DNA of 49,149 nt, filler included, from Sphacelaria rigidula (Eukaryota): NCBI GenBank assembly GCA_964200075.2. It is 3 parts of 3 records of this genome, joined end to end, with 100 filler letters (N's around TTAATTAATTAA, not from the genome) between each part and the next. Parts side by side here need not be neighbours in the genome. Positions count along the whole stretch, not along the records: positions 32,834 to 49,149 come from CAXNAA020001398.1; 2 more parts are not named here. One strand, written 5' to 3'. How positions within the stretch are numbered: position 1 is the stretch's first letter; the number at the start of each line of letters is the position of its first letter. The translations under genes were made by a program, and so were the position numbers. Below, piece by piece: positions 35,951 to 49,063 of this stretch. Below the pieces are notes generated by a model. That model saw only the letters and a program-made list of their open reading frames with translations, searched no databases and had not been told where the DNA came from.

Positions 35951-38900
35951 CTAGGATATGTGTTCCTGCCGCAAAGTTCCCTCCAGCTTTGATCCCAGCT
36001 CTCGAACAAGATTCGAAAACATGCCATTTTTATCGCCGAGCAGGTGCGATGGTGTCCCTTCCTCAGCAACACGCCCTGCGTCCATCACAAGCACTCGATT
36101 GCAGGATATTACATCCTCCAATCTATGAGCAATAACAATCACCGCTGCGTTGCTCAGGAAGGATCGAATCAGTCGCTGAATATTGGCGTCCGTGTCATTG
36201 TCCCTGTCGCAACAAGTCGAGCGTCCGGAGGTCCCCAGGAAATGACGTCGTACAAAATGAAATATGAGTCCATGAGTCTCAACTTCGAATTCTCGTTGTA
36301 CCAGACAATGCGACGACGTTCTCATAAAAAGCTTCACCAACTCAAGAGGTGATGCAGTTGCGAGACTTCAAGAGTGCAACCTGAAAATATGGCAACCCAG
36401 TGTACATTCGTTGACAAACGGTATGCGAGTACAGCACTCACACGTTTGCCGTGGCTTCATCGAACACCAAGACTCCGGGTTGGTTCACCATTGCCCTTGA
36501 AATGCACAGTAATTGTCTCTGCCCTGCGCTCCAGTTGCTCCCATGCTCACTGACATGGCTCAGTAGCCCCAGCGGCAGGCCTGCTACAGCACTCTTGAGG
36601 CCCGTCATCTCCAGTATTTCCCACATATGGGCATCAGAACACTGAGAACGAACGACGCAGAATCGAATAAGGGACACAGGGTAGATGCATACATGACATG
36701 GACCCTTGACCGCTGGCGAAACTCGATAGACTCGACGTCCACAAGCTCTAAAAATTCACAACGGGGAGAACTTCTCCTACTGCAAGGGTGGGCGTTTCTG
36801 TGTCTTCCCATGAAAACAGCAACCAATGTGCATGCCAACACGCTTGACATCGTCATCTTGTACTACCATCCCTGAACGGGTCCACCACTCATCGTGTAAA
36901 ACAACATTCAAAAGTGAAGAGCATATGATTCGCCTGAAGCACGTTGTGTGTACATCACACACTCACTACGTGTTTTGGTATATATTCCGCGTTTGTCCGG
37001 CGGATGCAGATGGAAGAAAATGGACCCTGAGCTTGAGAGGGGGATAAGGGGACGTTCAGCTTCCAAAAAGACATATCGCACCGGTCGCCCAGGTGGCTCA
37101 GTTGGTAACCTCAAAACCTTCTGACGGTTGGGTCGTGGGTTCGAATCTCGGGGCGATCTGGGTTTTTTTCTCACACAATGTCGTGCGTACACAAACTTCG
37201 ACCTAATGGTTGACGAGGGAAAGGGACTGCTGAACTCCTCTCACGATAAAAAATAAAGGCAAGCATCGCAGAGGGAAGGAGGAGAAGTAGAACAAAAGAA
37301 GAAAGACAAAATTCCCGTGTTGGCCTTCCTCCTGTGTGACCTCGGCTGGTGTGCCCACATATACGGAAAGGTGAGACCGGTGTCCAGAATAGATGGGACA
37401 ACACAACACAACAACACACCGTGTCAGCTTCTGACGCACCTGTCCTAATGGGTCCACGACGTCACGTACGCTACCAGAGAACACGTGTGAATCCTGAGAG
37501 ATGACAGTCACGCCCGATCGAAGCAATGATAGTGGAATTTCCTTGATGTCTCGTCCGCCAACAAAGATTCGTCCTTGACAACACTCCACAACACGTACGA
37601 GAGCAAGGGCCAATGAGCTCTTGCCAGATCCCGATCGCCCACAGATGCCGACACGCTCGCCACATCTTTAAGAATCAAATGAAAGGGCGTTGAGACTTGG
37701 TGAGTATCCCAACCAGGTCCGCGCAACAGAAATGTGAGAACGTAGTAGCAATGCATTTACCACCAACGTGATGCCGTAGAGAACAACTATACTTACTTCA
37801 AGATACGAGTCCACAGAACGAGCTTTAAAGCTGTGGAGCACGTGTGTTATACGCGAGGCCGGTGGGGCGGCTCGAGGGTGAACTTGGTTGGACAGGAGAG
37901 GGAGGCAATAAAACGTTCAAAAAGTTTACTTCTACCATTTCTTAAACCTTGCGCCAACTCACCTGACGGAAAGGCTCACGCCGTTCAGCACCAGCGGAAG
38001 GTCGGGGCGGTATCTTGCGCACACATCTTGCATCACTATCTCCTTGGGCGACCAGACGTCGGCGACTTGGACGTCGCCTTCTGGAGTCTAAGTGTCCGGA
38101 AAACACCAAGCGAAACGACTGCACTGACATGTGGAACGGCGCGCAAGTCTGCCAACTGATTTACTAAAGGACGAGGAGGCTACGCAATTGGTTAGGCGTA
38201 GCAACAACTTGCGCAACCACACACCTTTCCACTACAGATGTAGTAAACCTACCAGCCTTGGCAATGCGTACGGATCTCCCCACAGCTGTGCACCCGCAAG
38301 ACTGCCGTACTGAGTTTCGAAATCCACAGTGCGAAGATGTTTATGAATTATGCCCATTGCAAAGCGTGCTCAGTTGAGACGTCACCACCGCGAGCAACAC
38401 TCGTAGCCAGCGACGACGCACCTCGTTTTCTTGCTCTTGCTCGAGAGAGATGAACTGCTGCACTCTCTCCACGGAATTGAAGTGGTTTTCCAGTGCTGTC
38501 GAGGAACGCACTCCGAAACTGAGTGTTCTTGTTATCGCTAGCGCGTAGGACAACCCGAGGCCGACCTGGGGGCGATCATGCACCGTCAATAGTCATGTTT
38601 TGTGTGGTGATAGAAGTTCGCACAACACACTGTCCAACAGTGGAAAGCGACTATGCCGTGGGTACACAGAATTCGACGTAATGATCGACGAGGGAAGGGG
38701 ACTACTGAACCCCTCACGCGAAGAAAAAATAAAGGTGAGCACCGCAGAAGGAAGGTGGATAACTAAAACAAAACAAAAAACAGAAGAAAAAAACTTCTGT
38801 GTTTCCTCATGTGTGACCCCGGCCACCCACACATGCCGAAAGGTGTAGACCGGCGTCCAGAATAGATGGGACGACAACACACACAACAGGAGAACACAAA

Positions 38901-41900
38901 TAGCTGCTGTGACATGGATATTTCAGCTGACTTTCTTACTACGCGGGACCCCAGGTAAACATGTGATTGATGTTACCTTCATAACTTCAAGACAAGTGCT
39001 GTGGTCAAGGGAAAGTGATTGAGGGCAAGACAATCTCCCGAAGTATATTGGTGCGAAGGCGTGAAATCAGCAACATATGAACGGTTGTCTATGTATTCGT
39101 GCCACGCTTGCTGTGGTAGCAGTGTCTCGGTATTCTGCGCCATGGAACTCACTATTCCAGGTGATGATCGCCCAACCAGCACGGCCGTTAACGTGGCAAG
39201 GAAGACCACAAGTGCTCCAAGAAAGTCCAGTCGAATGCCCAGCCACCTGTCGAAATGGCGTGGGATATCCCAGTGAGGTCGTTTAACATCCATCTTCAGC
39301 CAGGTCACATGGTGACACGTGAAATCACGCCGTCACTCCAGTTCTTACGTACTGCGGCAAGTCGTGTCACCTGTTTGTGGCATCCCAGGTGAGGCGCGAT
39401 CTTGCATTAGCGTCGATGAGGAAGAAGTTCTTCTCCCTCATCTTGATGGCAATTCCGTAAGCTTGGATACTGAGGAGCCCATCCAGCGTTTCTTGAAAAT
39501 GGGAGTAGATTGGCGACTTTGTCGCGCTGTCGAGGCGCTTGAGCTGAAGCCGGGAATGGGACAATCACGCACTCGCATTAAATTGGGCGTCATTTCGAGT
39601 TCGCGGTTGCAACGACAAACCTTCATGTCGGCACGTCGGAACTGGCACCACGAGGGCACATGTCGGGCACAACTCAATGCACCCGAAAACAGTTCCGCAA
39701 AAAAATGATGATACACTACAGCACTGCGTTCGTTGTCCAAGCGGTCTACCCGCCCCTTTTAAGCTACATAACACGGTGTATAAGGTGTATAAGGTCTGTA
39801 GTGGAGCCAGTGTGATCGGCACTGCACACAGAGCCGTCGCTGTGATCGCTCCAACGATTAGCACTGAAACACGGGGAGCGCTACATACTCCGAGTTGTGA
39901 GCTATTCCAATACATAATGACAAAATGAGATACGCACCTCCTTCGCAGACAAGCGGTACGTCAGCTGAATCCGATGGTACGCAATAGCGATCGGGACAAT
40001 GAAGAAAAAGAAGCAAGGACTGGTCCCCACCACTACTCCGACTGCCCCCAGCAATGCGAGGAACGCGTCCATGAAGGATGCGAGCGCGGTTGGGATGGCC
40101 ATATCGATTGTATCGAAATCCGACGAGAATCTCGAGGTGATGCGCCCGCTCTCCGTCACTTGAAAGAATTGCAACGGTGCGCCCATCACCTGAAAAAATC
40201 ATCCGATTGTTACATCAATCTCAGTTTTGCTCAAGGCATCTCTTGCAGTTAAAATTCGTGCCCGATACAGCCGTGCCATGGAAATACACCCGACGGTACC
40301 AAGGCATCCCAGTGAGAGATGCAGACTCACTCTATGAAGGAGCGATTTGTGCAGCGCCTCACTGCTCCGTAGCCCAAGCCAGCACATCGCAAAAAAGCGG
40401 ACACAATTGATCACCACGACTAGCATGCACACTCCAGCGTACCTGCACGAAAAGGAACACCAAAGAGTCATCCTACGATAGGGGGGGGGGGGGTTGATTG
40501 CACGAAGAAAGAAGCTCACAGGTGTGTCAGACGACTTGCCACACTCGCGGTGCGCTTGTACTTGGTTTAAAGCGGTGTCAAGCAGTACGAATGAGCGTTA
40601 TTTTTCCGGAACAACCTTGTTCGAACAGCAGTTGCTGCTTCCAACGACGATTTGACTGAGAATTTCGTGCAAGCAGTGGCCCGAAATACCCCCCCCCCCT
40701 CCCCCTATCGTAGGATGGCCTCAAAACATGAATGGTGCAAGATAACCGTGTAGCTAGTTGTGTTCAATACGCTACTATAATTCAGCATAGAGAAAAATGC
40801 TCACTGCCCAAAAACATCGAACGAGTTCATGTGCAATGACAAAAGGCGAGTATGCCGGCGTGACAGAAGTAACAGGGCGCAAGAACCACCGGATAGCTGA
40901 AAAATCAGAAAGGTCTCACCAGCACAAATATACCCCAGGTTTTGTGGACGAGCTATCAGACCAGAACGCTAGTACGACCTCCTTCGAAACGTCCATGACC
41001 TGTAGAGTCACGGGGCGTACGCGGGAATGATGCGGGCTTGGTGAAACCTGATAATTGTCCACGGTGAACAGGTGAACAGGTGAACAGGTGAACAGGTGAA
41101 TAGTTGCTGGCTATGCGATGGTTCCACCGGAAAAACCCTCGTCCAGACAATTGTTTTACTCGAACTAGCCGCAGATGTTCATGGTAAGCAGTGACGCCTT
41201 GGATGCGCCAACATTGTCCACCTTATCCCAGACCTCACGAGTGGTGTAATGAACATGTCTGTCGTGATGAAAATCTACCGCCACCACCGACTAGCGTACT
41301 AACCTGAGCAAGTACAGATATAGACAGTGTAACGATCACCACCATTATCCCGCAAGCTTTTAGGTAGCTAAGATAAACGTTGGCCGGAACGCCTTCCTTG
41401 ATCCTGTCGTGGTCGACCTGAGCTGAGAGCTTGAGCATGGATTTCACCTGTCAAACACACGCAGAGGGTTGAAGAGGATAAAAATAACGTGTGAGGGAAA
41501 TCTCACCGGAACTCTGTGCCAATCAATACCGAATCATCCCATAATGAAAGTAGAGCTGCAAATATTCATCAAACGTTCTCCAAGTCACCTCGTCCGGTTT
41601 GGCCTTGTGTACGGGCGGTGTTGACCAAGATTCCACGTCAACGAAATTTGAGCGCGAGCCCGATGCTCCAGCGTCATATCCGGCGTGCTTCTCGAAATTC
41701 TGTGTCGCACAAGCACGTCGAGAAAGCGCATCACAAAGTCCATTGCACAGAGATTTCGAACATCCGCGTCTTATTCGAGTCTTCATAGGGGCACATGGGG
41801 ATGCCCTTGAATGTCTGGGACTCCACAAAAGGATTCAGAGCAATCGACAAGAGATCTCGTATTGCCCATGCTAGCACCCACCCAACCCTGCACGTCAAAA

Positions 41901-44900
41901 CCCTCCACGTTTTCACTTTTGGGACGTCCCGCTAAGTGCCTTCAACAGCACAAACATTTAAACCACTCTGAGATCCGCGTCCGTTGCGCAAATCCTCTCG
42001 AAATCTGTCCGCTCCGCATGCCTGCTCTTCCAACGCCTACACTTGCAGCCCTCTTTTTCCTCATCAATGAAATCACCAGACTGATATTAAGCTGGTGTAG
42101 AAAATGTTGTTCAAGAAGCGATTGACGGAAATTTCCTCTGTTGGCATCGAGACCCGCACTAAGGTGTTTCAGTGGCATATATTCCCCGCGAATCTCCGGT
42201 AAATGAAAGCGGCAACTTTATCGTTGACATCGGCAAGAGCAGAGGCTGTACTGAGTACAGCCAGTTTTTTTCCATAATCATCATCCGCTGCGGAACTCTT
42301 TGGGAGGCGTCTTGTCCCTGCATCCTCCCTGCCCACCGCTGAGGTGCGAAAGCAGTGACTACAACGATTCGGGTGGGTTGTGCTCCGAACGTCGAATTAA
42401 TCTCACCTTTTCACCTTCGATGGAAAGCACGCCTGCCTCCAGTACAGAACGACGGTCTGTCCGAGCGCGGAGCGTTCTGCGGTCAATGACGAAGAGGTCG
42501 CAATCTTCTTTCACGTACTGCACGTTACGAAGCCGGGGGGGGGGGGTACACATTATATCGAATATCGACGTCCGCGTGAGCTCATCACGTTTCCTTCGTT
42601 TTTTGGTGACAGTGCAGAAGCTACATTTCATCGTAGCTTCCAATCATGGATTAGAGTGTCATTTTGGGAGTTGACACGATTGCGGTTTCAACACGTTGCG
42701 CCGTGGTAGTGTAGGGTAGTGTAGTGCGGCCATGTCTGCAGTAAACAGTACGTTCTTTAAGGCAGATACTCACCTGCTGCTGGTGAGTAGACATAACAAT
42801 TGCTGCTCCCTCCGCCATCTTGCAAATGGCATGCCGAAAAACCCAGCTGCCCACAATATTGTCCAGAGCTGAAAGCGGGTCATCCAACAACACCATACTG
42901 CAGCCCGAATAAATGGCGCGGGCAAGCGCTATTCTTGTCTTCTGTCCACCGCTGATGGTAATGCCTATTCCAAATTTAGAGAACGCGCCGACAACGATAC
43001 ATCAAGTGTTGAAATCTCCGGCCACAAAGATCTTCGAATCAGTACTATCACACAGACTCCATGTACGATCAACTTGAATATTCTTACAAACCTTTTGCGC
43101 CAATAACTGTGCTGTCACCGTCCGGCCATGATGCGAAATCCCTTTCCAGCGCGCAATGGTGGACACAGCTTCGATAGCGCCCTTCATCAAAATCTCCTAG
43201 GGATCTGCATCCGCAATAAACCGGCGATGACACAAAAACTGCTTGCCGTGTGGCTGCACCTTATAACTCACGAGGAAGACATGAAAATAGCTTGAGAAAC
43301 GAGCGGAATGTGACACGAAAGTCCTAGGGAAGCGCGTATTTTTCGCCCACCTAGCGCCGACTCATTATGGGGGGTCTATTGTTTCAGTCATGTTGACAGC
43401 TAGGCGCATTTCACTTGAACAAAGGACGTTATGCGCTTAAGTAACATGCTGCGCGTGAGTTGCATGGCACCGACCTTCAACGTAATGCTTGAGTCTCCAT
43501 ATGCACATAAATCCATATACTTCGTATGTGATAAACGCCCAAAAGCTGATGAGACATCAACACAGGTTTTCCCTCGTCCTTCCGAGTATCAGGGCGCTGC
43601 ATCGTTCCTCGTATTTTGCAACGAGTAGCAATACCATACCACACATATATCTACTTGACTTGAGATATGAAGCGACCGCAACGCCAGGACCCACGTCGCG
43701 GAACGACATCTGAACCCTAAAATTCACACATACATGTCACTTACGACGAAGGAATAGTCAGATAGAAGAGCTGTCATTCTTCGAACTATCCGTGCACTCG
43801 GTGTAGCACTCAGAAGGTTACGGTCTTGATAGACGTTTCAGCATGCCTCCAACAGACACTATGAGGGTTAAGAAACCGGTTTGGACGTCTCATGCGTTCC
43901 CGCCCTCGAGTGGCAGGAGCCCTTTGATTTTCCCCATTAAAATTATGTGATACAAACGTGCACAAGACGGACAGCTCATGAGCTACCTGGATATTACTTC
44001 TTATTAGTGTACTGATCCGGATCATGAGCTAGCTAATTCGGCCCCCCTTTTCCCCATATTCGCTCCCGATAGCGCTGTACGTCGAGCACGCGGGGTAGCG
44101 CGCAGGTAAACGTAGCGGTTTGCCCTCTACAAGCCTGCTGTTACGTATTTTGCGTTTTTTGGACAAGGGATGTGAGAGTCCTCTTCGGTTTTTTATTTCA
44201 GGTAGCTCATGAGCTGTCCCACGTGTGCAAACGTGTATAAGGGTTTGTTCCGCGATGAAGCTCTTCACCCCTGTTGTCGCTGCCGGTTACCGTATGAGTT
44301 GGGACTTTAAATTTTACTCACACGCCCGTTTTCGTAACGAAAGAAATCGACAGCTGCTGGTCTTCTATTTTCGCCTCGGGTTCCAGTATCGCCAGCTTGC
44401 GAAAAATCAAGATTGGACGGGCCAATCGGATATTTTTGTGAAACTTTGTGAATTTCCACGTCAAATTCCAACGCTGACCCGGCACTTCAATGGGGAAAGG
44501 AGAGCGTTTTTTCTTGGTGGAACGAACGTGCTAACGTAGTAAAAACACGGGAGATATGACGAACACGGCGACCACGGCAAATGGTTCTGACCATAGTTTC
44601 GCATCCCGAACGACTTACCCCAGGCTGATGTTATCACGCGCGGAAGCGTTTACAATCCATGGCATATCGGGGCAGAGTGCTACCCTGCCGTCTGTAGTTT
44701 CGATGCGAACACTTCCATCATCGCTCTCGGGAGACAAGCGCTCTACGAGGCCCAGCAAGAACGTCGTCTTTCCAGAGCCAGTAGGACCCACTACGAGGGA
44801 CACTCCACGACGCATCTCCACCGTCACATGCTCGAGAAGCGTGCTTCCTGTCACCGGATGTCGACCAGAGAAACGAATGTTACATTGCATGACAAATGCA

Positions 44901-47900
44901 GTGGGAAATCAATCTCAAGTTTTGGCGGGCAGGGACTGGTGGCGTGTACGATAAGCACCCCTTGTACGATGAGGGTAGCTCGGTAGTTCAAACACCATCT
45001 GGTGTGATGTCAGCCTGATCTTCATCACCTCCAATTGGCGCAAAGGCTGCGTCATTGATGACAACTCTTGGTGTGACATTCCTATCTTCGCCGCGACCGC
45101 ACAGTGTGTAGTATTTTTCCCTCTGGGTCTCGTCTTCCAGCAGAAAATTCTGCAGGCGCTGAAGAGACACCTGTCGACGCGTGCACAAACGCGACGGCTG
45201 AGACGGTGAAGCCTGCACTACATAGCATGCTGATCCAAGAGCATTTAAGGCTGCTAGTAGTCGTACGTCAGAGGTACTACGGCACTAATCAGGCGGTTTC
45301 ACGCAAGGGCTGAACAGTGCAAGCCGCCATTTCAAGGAAAATTGACGGAAATGGGCAAAATGCAGGAAACCCTCACTTTGGCATCTGCATACAACTGGAT
45401 GGCCTTGGGCATGACATGAAACGGATGGGCAATTGTGTTGAACAAAGCCAATGCCGTGAACGCCGTTTGTGCGTCAAGCTTGTTCCCAGAGAGCACGAAA
45501 GCCGCGAAAGTCGCCAGGGCAACGATGATTGGACTCGAGCGCATGACAGCCTGAGGGTATAACAGGTGGTCGGATCGACGGGCAAGAACAACCGAAGCAC
45601 AGGGTTCGAATTGTCGAAGATGAATTCAGCTCAAACGCCGTCTTGGGTGCTCGAACGTGGCTGTACGCAGCTTCGCTTGTTCCACCCCGCAAGTCACATA
45701 CACCGAACGTAGCTGTCGGTGGACGTGCTCAGCAAAAACCAGTCATAATATTAATCTCACCTCAAAGCGTGCCCAACAAGATGAATGAACGCCACGGTAT
45801 CTCATTGATCACTTAGCCAGGAAACCACAAACCTCCATTGGGTACATTTCCCGAGTGTATTACCATTTGAACTTAATACTTACTTGATTGCAGGCATTTA
45901 GTGTTAAAGCGTGACGAATGCTTGCCAGTTCCTTCTCCCGCAGCAAGCCAACTCGTGTTTGGAACATCTTGCTCATTGAGTTGAGCTTCACAGTCTTGAT
46001 ACCGTCGATGACCTCGCCCACAAGGCTAATGCGGGCATCAGCGACCTTCAACACGTTCTTTCGGTAAGCCTGCGACCTGGAAGCCACGATGGCGAGAAAC
46101 ATCGGCGTCATACTCGAGATGCGAAAATTGAATAACCGAGACACAGTACAGCATACAGCGTCAGGTATACTGATTCGACAGCATTTCACGCGCATTCAAA
46201 TACGACGCCGAATTACACTCCTGAACAAAACAGAACGAACAACTGTAGACTGCGCACGCGTTGTCGAGGAGGGACGACCACGACCTGAGCGTACACGATA
46301 ATGACCACGAATGAAATGACCTCCAGTTCTTCAGATGGAAAAGTACGAAAACGACGATTACTTGCGAAAGGGTTGGGACGACAATATGAGTGGAGATTGG
46401 TGCTCACCTTTGTGCCACCCAGCTTTCTAGTGGAATCAGGACAGGAATCGCGCAAACACCAACCAGCGAAGAAGGTCCGAGGACGTACAATAGCAATGCA
46501 GTACATCCTATCGCCGTCAAAGGGGCGGCCCATAAGTTGTGAAAGAACACGACCACCTCGCGAAGCTTCGAGGCGTCCTTAGTCTGGGTGAAACAAGAAA
46601 AAATTGAAGGAGGTTCGAACACGTCGAGCTGAAACATCATATACGTCACATGTAGTAGTGGTGTAATCTACAAGTGTGCTATAGGCGTTTTGCAAACGAC
46701 CAAGGGTAGGCCGTAGCTGTGTGCAATTAGCTCCGAATGTGTCGACTTGAAAACGGGCCCTAACATACGGCTGGGGAGACACGATTTTTCCTCGCGCTTG
46801 GCCTGGCGACGTTGGTGCTGGTTACAGCGGAATATGACTGTTGCAGCAGGTACATTGGACGATCTATCTCCCTGATGGCAAACAGGACGTGCCCTTTAAT
46901 ATGCCCTGTATGTCATCCTGCGTGGAATATCACTAGCCAGAGCATCAAGGTACCTGAAAATTCAGCGTTTGACCCAGGCGCGAACCGTCCAGCGACGCTC
47001 TCCCCAGTCGAAGCGACTTGTTGTACACCGCCGCCGCTGCCGCCGTGTTGATGCCTGCCCCTACGACGAACACTGCAAAACACGGAAGAAATCACTCAAG
47101 ATCAGTACGCGGATCGTCACTGGTCAGTGAGCGACTATCGATACTGCCAATGCCGCTTCCACTTGGAAGTTACTACAACGCAGCCCGAGTGCCAGATGAC
47201 CACTCGCCTCCGTGGATGAAGTGCTGCAAAGTGCAAGCCTGTAAGAGCACGACGAGAAAGAGAAAAAACGCCAGCCCAAGCCCCCCTAGTGTTGTTGGAG
47301 GCACGATCGTTGATTCACCCTTCACGTACAGGATCACTTCACGGACGATCATTGGAGACCCAACCTTGCAGGTTTCTGTAACCAGCCGAAACAACCCAGC
47401 CATCCAGAAGTCACTGTTGTTAGGCCGTAGAAACGCAATTGAAGGGAGGGGAGACTTCAGCAGGTCGAACGCAAAAACAGTGTTGTGGCAACGAAACACA
47501 CCGGAACAAAGAATCCTGTAGCAATAACAGAACATCTCTAGATAGCGCTGCTTCGCTGACTTTACTTCACACGCCAATAGTACCTACTTATCCTGGCACG
47601 TCAACAATTCTATTCTACACGCCGTCACGCGTTCACATCACACTTCGCCACTGAATGCAGGCCCCCGAATAACCTTGGTTTGGCTGCCGTCAAATGGCTG
47701 ACGCGGTCCTGTGACCATGTGAGCCACATGAATGTGTGGTGATTGTCTAGCGTGCCCAACAACTCACGCATCGTCGAGGCGATTTCAGCGGTCAAAATAG
47801 AACGGACTAATCGTAGATGAGCCACTTGATTTGGCTCAAATTCGCTGCCCTCTAGTCTGTTTTCCGACGCACAAATAACATACCGAGCGAACAAGGCGTG

Positions 47901-48041
47901 AAAAGCAGCTGAGATGGACGGATGGCCACGACGCACGGTGTTTCGCCATGCCCGTTCAAATTTCTCCGAAATGACGACAGCCGTGAGCTCTGAAGGAAGG
48001 TGCAGTGTGTCATCCAGCTTCAGCTCCTCGCTCCTCCGTCT
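35951..48041 (-). CDS. ABC transporter subfamily C (MRP-like, TMD1-NBD1-TMD2-NBD2); at least 22 exons, 5' exon(s) not found in the window
   Basis: Exons: 48041-47884, 47413-47208, 47072-46954, 46583-46408, 46076-45884, 45550-45377, 45170-44996, 44847-44619, 43204-43092, 42964-42774, 42517-42407 (or -42415), [linker exons ~42340-41589 unresolved], 41447-41304, 40999-40920, 40442-40331, 40189-39938, 39543-39371, 39246-39153, 38565-38422, 38087-37963, 37665-37440, 36641-36442, 36203-35951. Phases are consistent apart from the linker. NBD1: [25 protein letters not shown]2: [56 protein letters not shown]2: [34 protein letters not shown]. Confidence 0.93.
37081..37418 (+). mobile_element. Full-length tRNA-derived SINE (~340 bp) in an ABCC intron
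   Basis: Pol III A box TGGCTCAGTTGG (37094-37105) and B box GGTTCGAATC (37138-37147), a unique body and an (ACAAC)n tail. Three more copies are in the window. Confidence 0.8.
38620..38888 (+). mobile_element. tRNA-derived SINE family, 5'-truncated copy, intronic
   Basis: Matches the body and tail of 37081-37418 (gtccagaatagatgggac…caacac). Confidence 0.75.
40465..40721. mobile_element. MITE family B, 4-bp TSD CAAA, intronic (about 20 nt from an ABCC splice acceptor)
   Basis: TIRs gagtcatcctacgatagggg / cccctatcgtaggatggcct, with CAAA on both sides. Homologous to 26979-27230. Confidence 0.85.
41031..41173. repeat. Short degenerate TIR element containing a (GGTGAACA)4-5 minisatellite
   Basis: Ends tgcgggcttgg…aattgtc / gacaattg…tagccgca. 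The tandem octamer lies at ~41063-41100. Confidence 0.4.
43961..44227. mobile_element. 267-bp MITE with CAC…GTG termini and perfect 8-bp TSD (hAT- or P-like), intronic
   Basis: TIRs cacaagacggacagctcatgagctacctg / caggtagctcatgagctgtcccacgtgtg. CAAACGTG occurs at 43953-43960 and 44228-44235. Confidence 0.85.
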
Positions 48042-48409
48042 CTGGTGTCGATAACAATTGGAACGAGTACAGGAGGGTCTCGTTTGTTGACGAGCGCTGT
48101 GGCAATAGCGGCAACGCAGTCCGAGCGTGCTGAGTATGTTCCTGACGTTGTCATAGCATGTCTTCTTAGGGAAAGGTGAAACAACCATCTTGGCTGAGAT
48201 TTCAGCCTCCGGTTTCTTATGCGATTTTCAATGTGAATGTTGGATCGTTCCTTAGTTGCGAATTTCCTGGCGGATATGTGCTATATGTGGTACAGTGCGG
48301 CGCCACTCTCTTGCCAAGGGTGATGTGAACAAAAGCAAGGAACCTCAACTCTTTCAGTCATCACAAGATTCTGTTCCATGTTTGTAAACGTATACATCCT
48401 CCCCCCGAC

Positions 48410-49063
48410 CGAAACCTGACTGGGGTTGGTTGTGTCGGGGTAGGCTATCCCCATCGACAACACAGCCACCAAGTAGGGGGGGGTAACTTGACCTACTGGC
48501 TTGCCTGTGTTGCGTGTCAGTGGTGACGCAACACGCAGTCTAGGCAGTGGGTCATGCGGACAGTGCTGACGTCCAGGCGCAATCCTGCAGCTTCGGAATT
48601 CTACCCTAGATCGGGAACCGAGTTGAATTCCGCAGCTGCAGTTTTTTACCCGGCGTTGAGACACTGTCACGGAAAGCACGTTGATGGAGATGAGGCACGC
48701 GTGAGTAAGTACCAGATTCGGCGCCCTAAAGATAGCGGCCGACGCGGGATGGGAAGGCTGCACCCTCCCGCGAGACCAACAAGCAAGGCAAGTACCGTGA
48801 CAGACGTGCCGAAGAACTCCCGGAACAGAAAAAAAGCCCGCCCGTAAAATTAGAAGCGAAACCAAGAAGGAGAGCAGAGCAAAGAGAAAGACATGAGGCT
48901 ATAGAGAAGGCTAAAGCTAGGTCGCGTACTGGGGATCTCAAAGTGGCGACCTGTAACGTCCGCAAAATGTCCTTCGCGGGAAAGAACGGGGTTGGCCATG
49001 CTGAGGTGGTCCTCCAAAATTGTCAGTCAGTAGGATACGACGTCATCGGACTACAGGATACAA
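48410..49063 (+). mobile_element. 5' region of an RTE-like LINE (structured leader plus N-terminus of an AP endonuclease), interrupted by a MITE
   Basis: The frame open from 48730 encodes …GDLKVATCNVRKMS…VLQNCQSVGYDVIGLQDT, matching APE motifs I (xATxNVR) and II (DVIGLQET). Confidence 0.75.

Noticed and set aside
37086-37160. tRNA gene
   Set aside because: It has A and B boxes but no convincing cloverleaf, and it is fused to a repeated body and tail. It is better explained as a SINE head.
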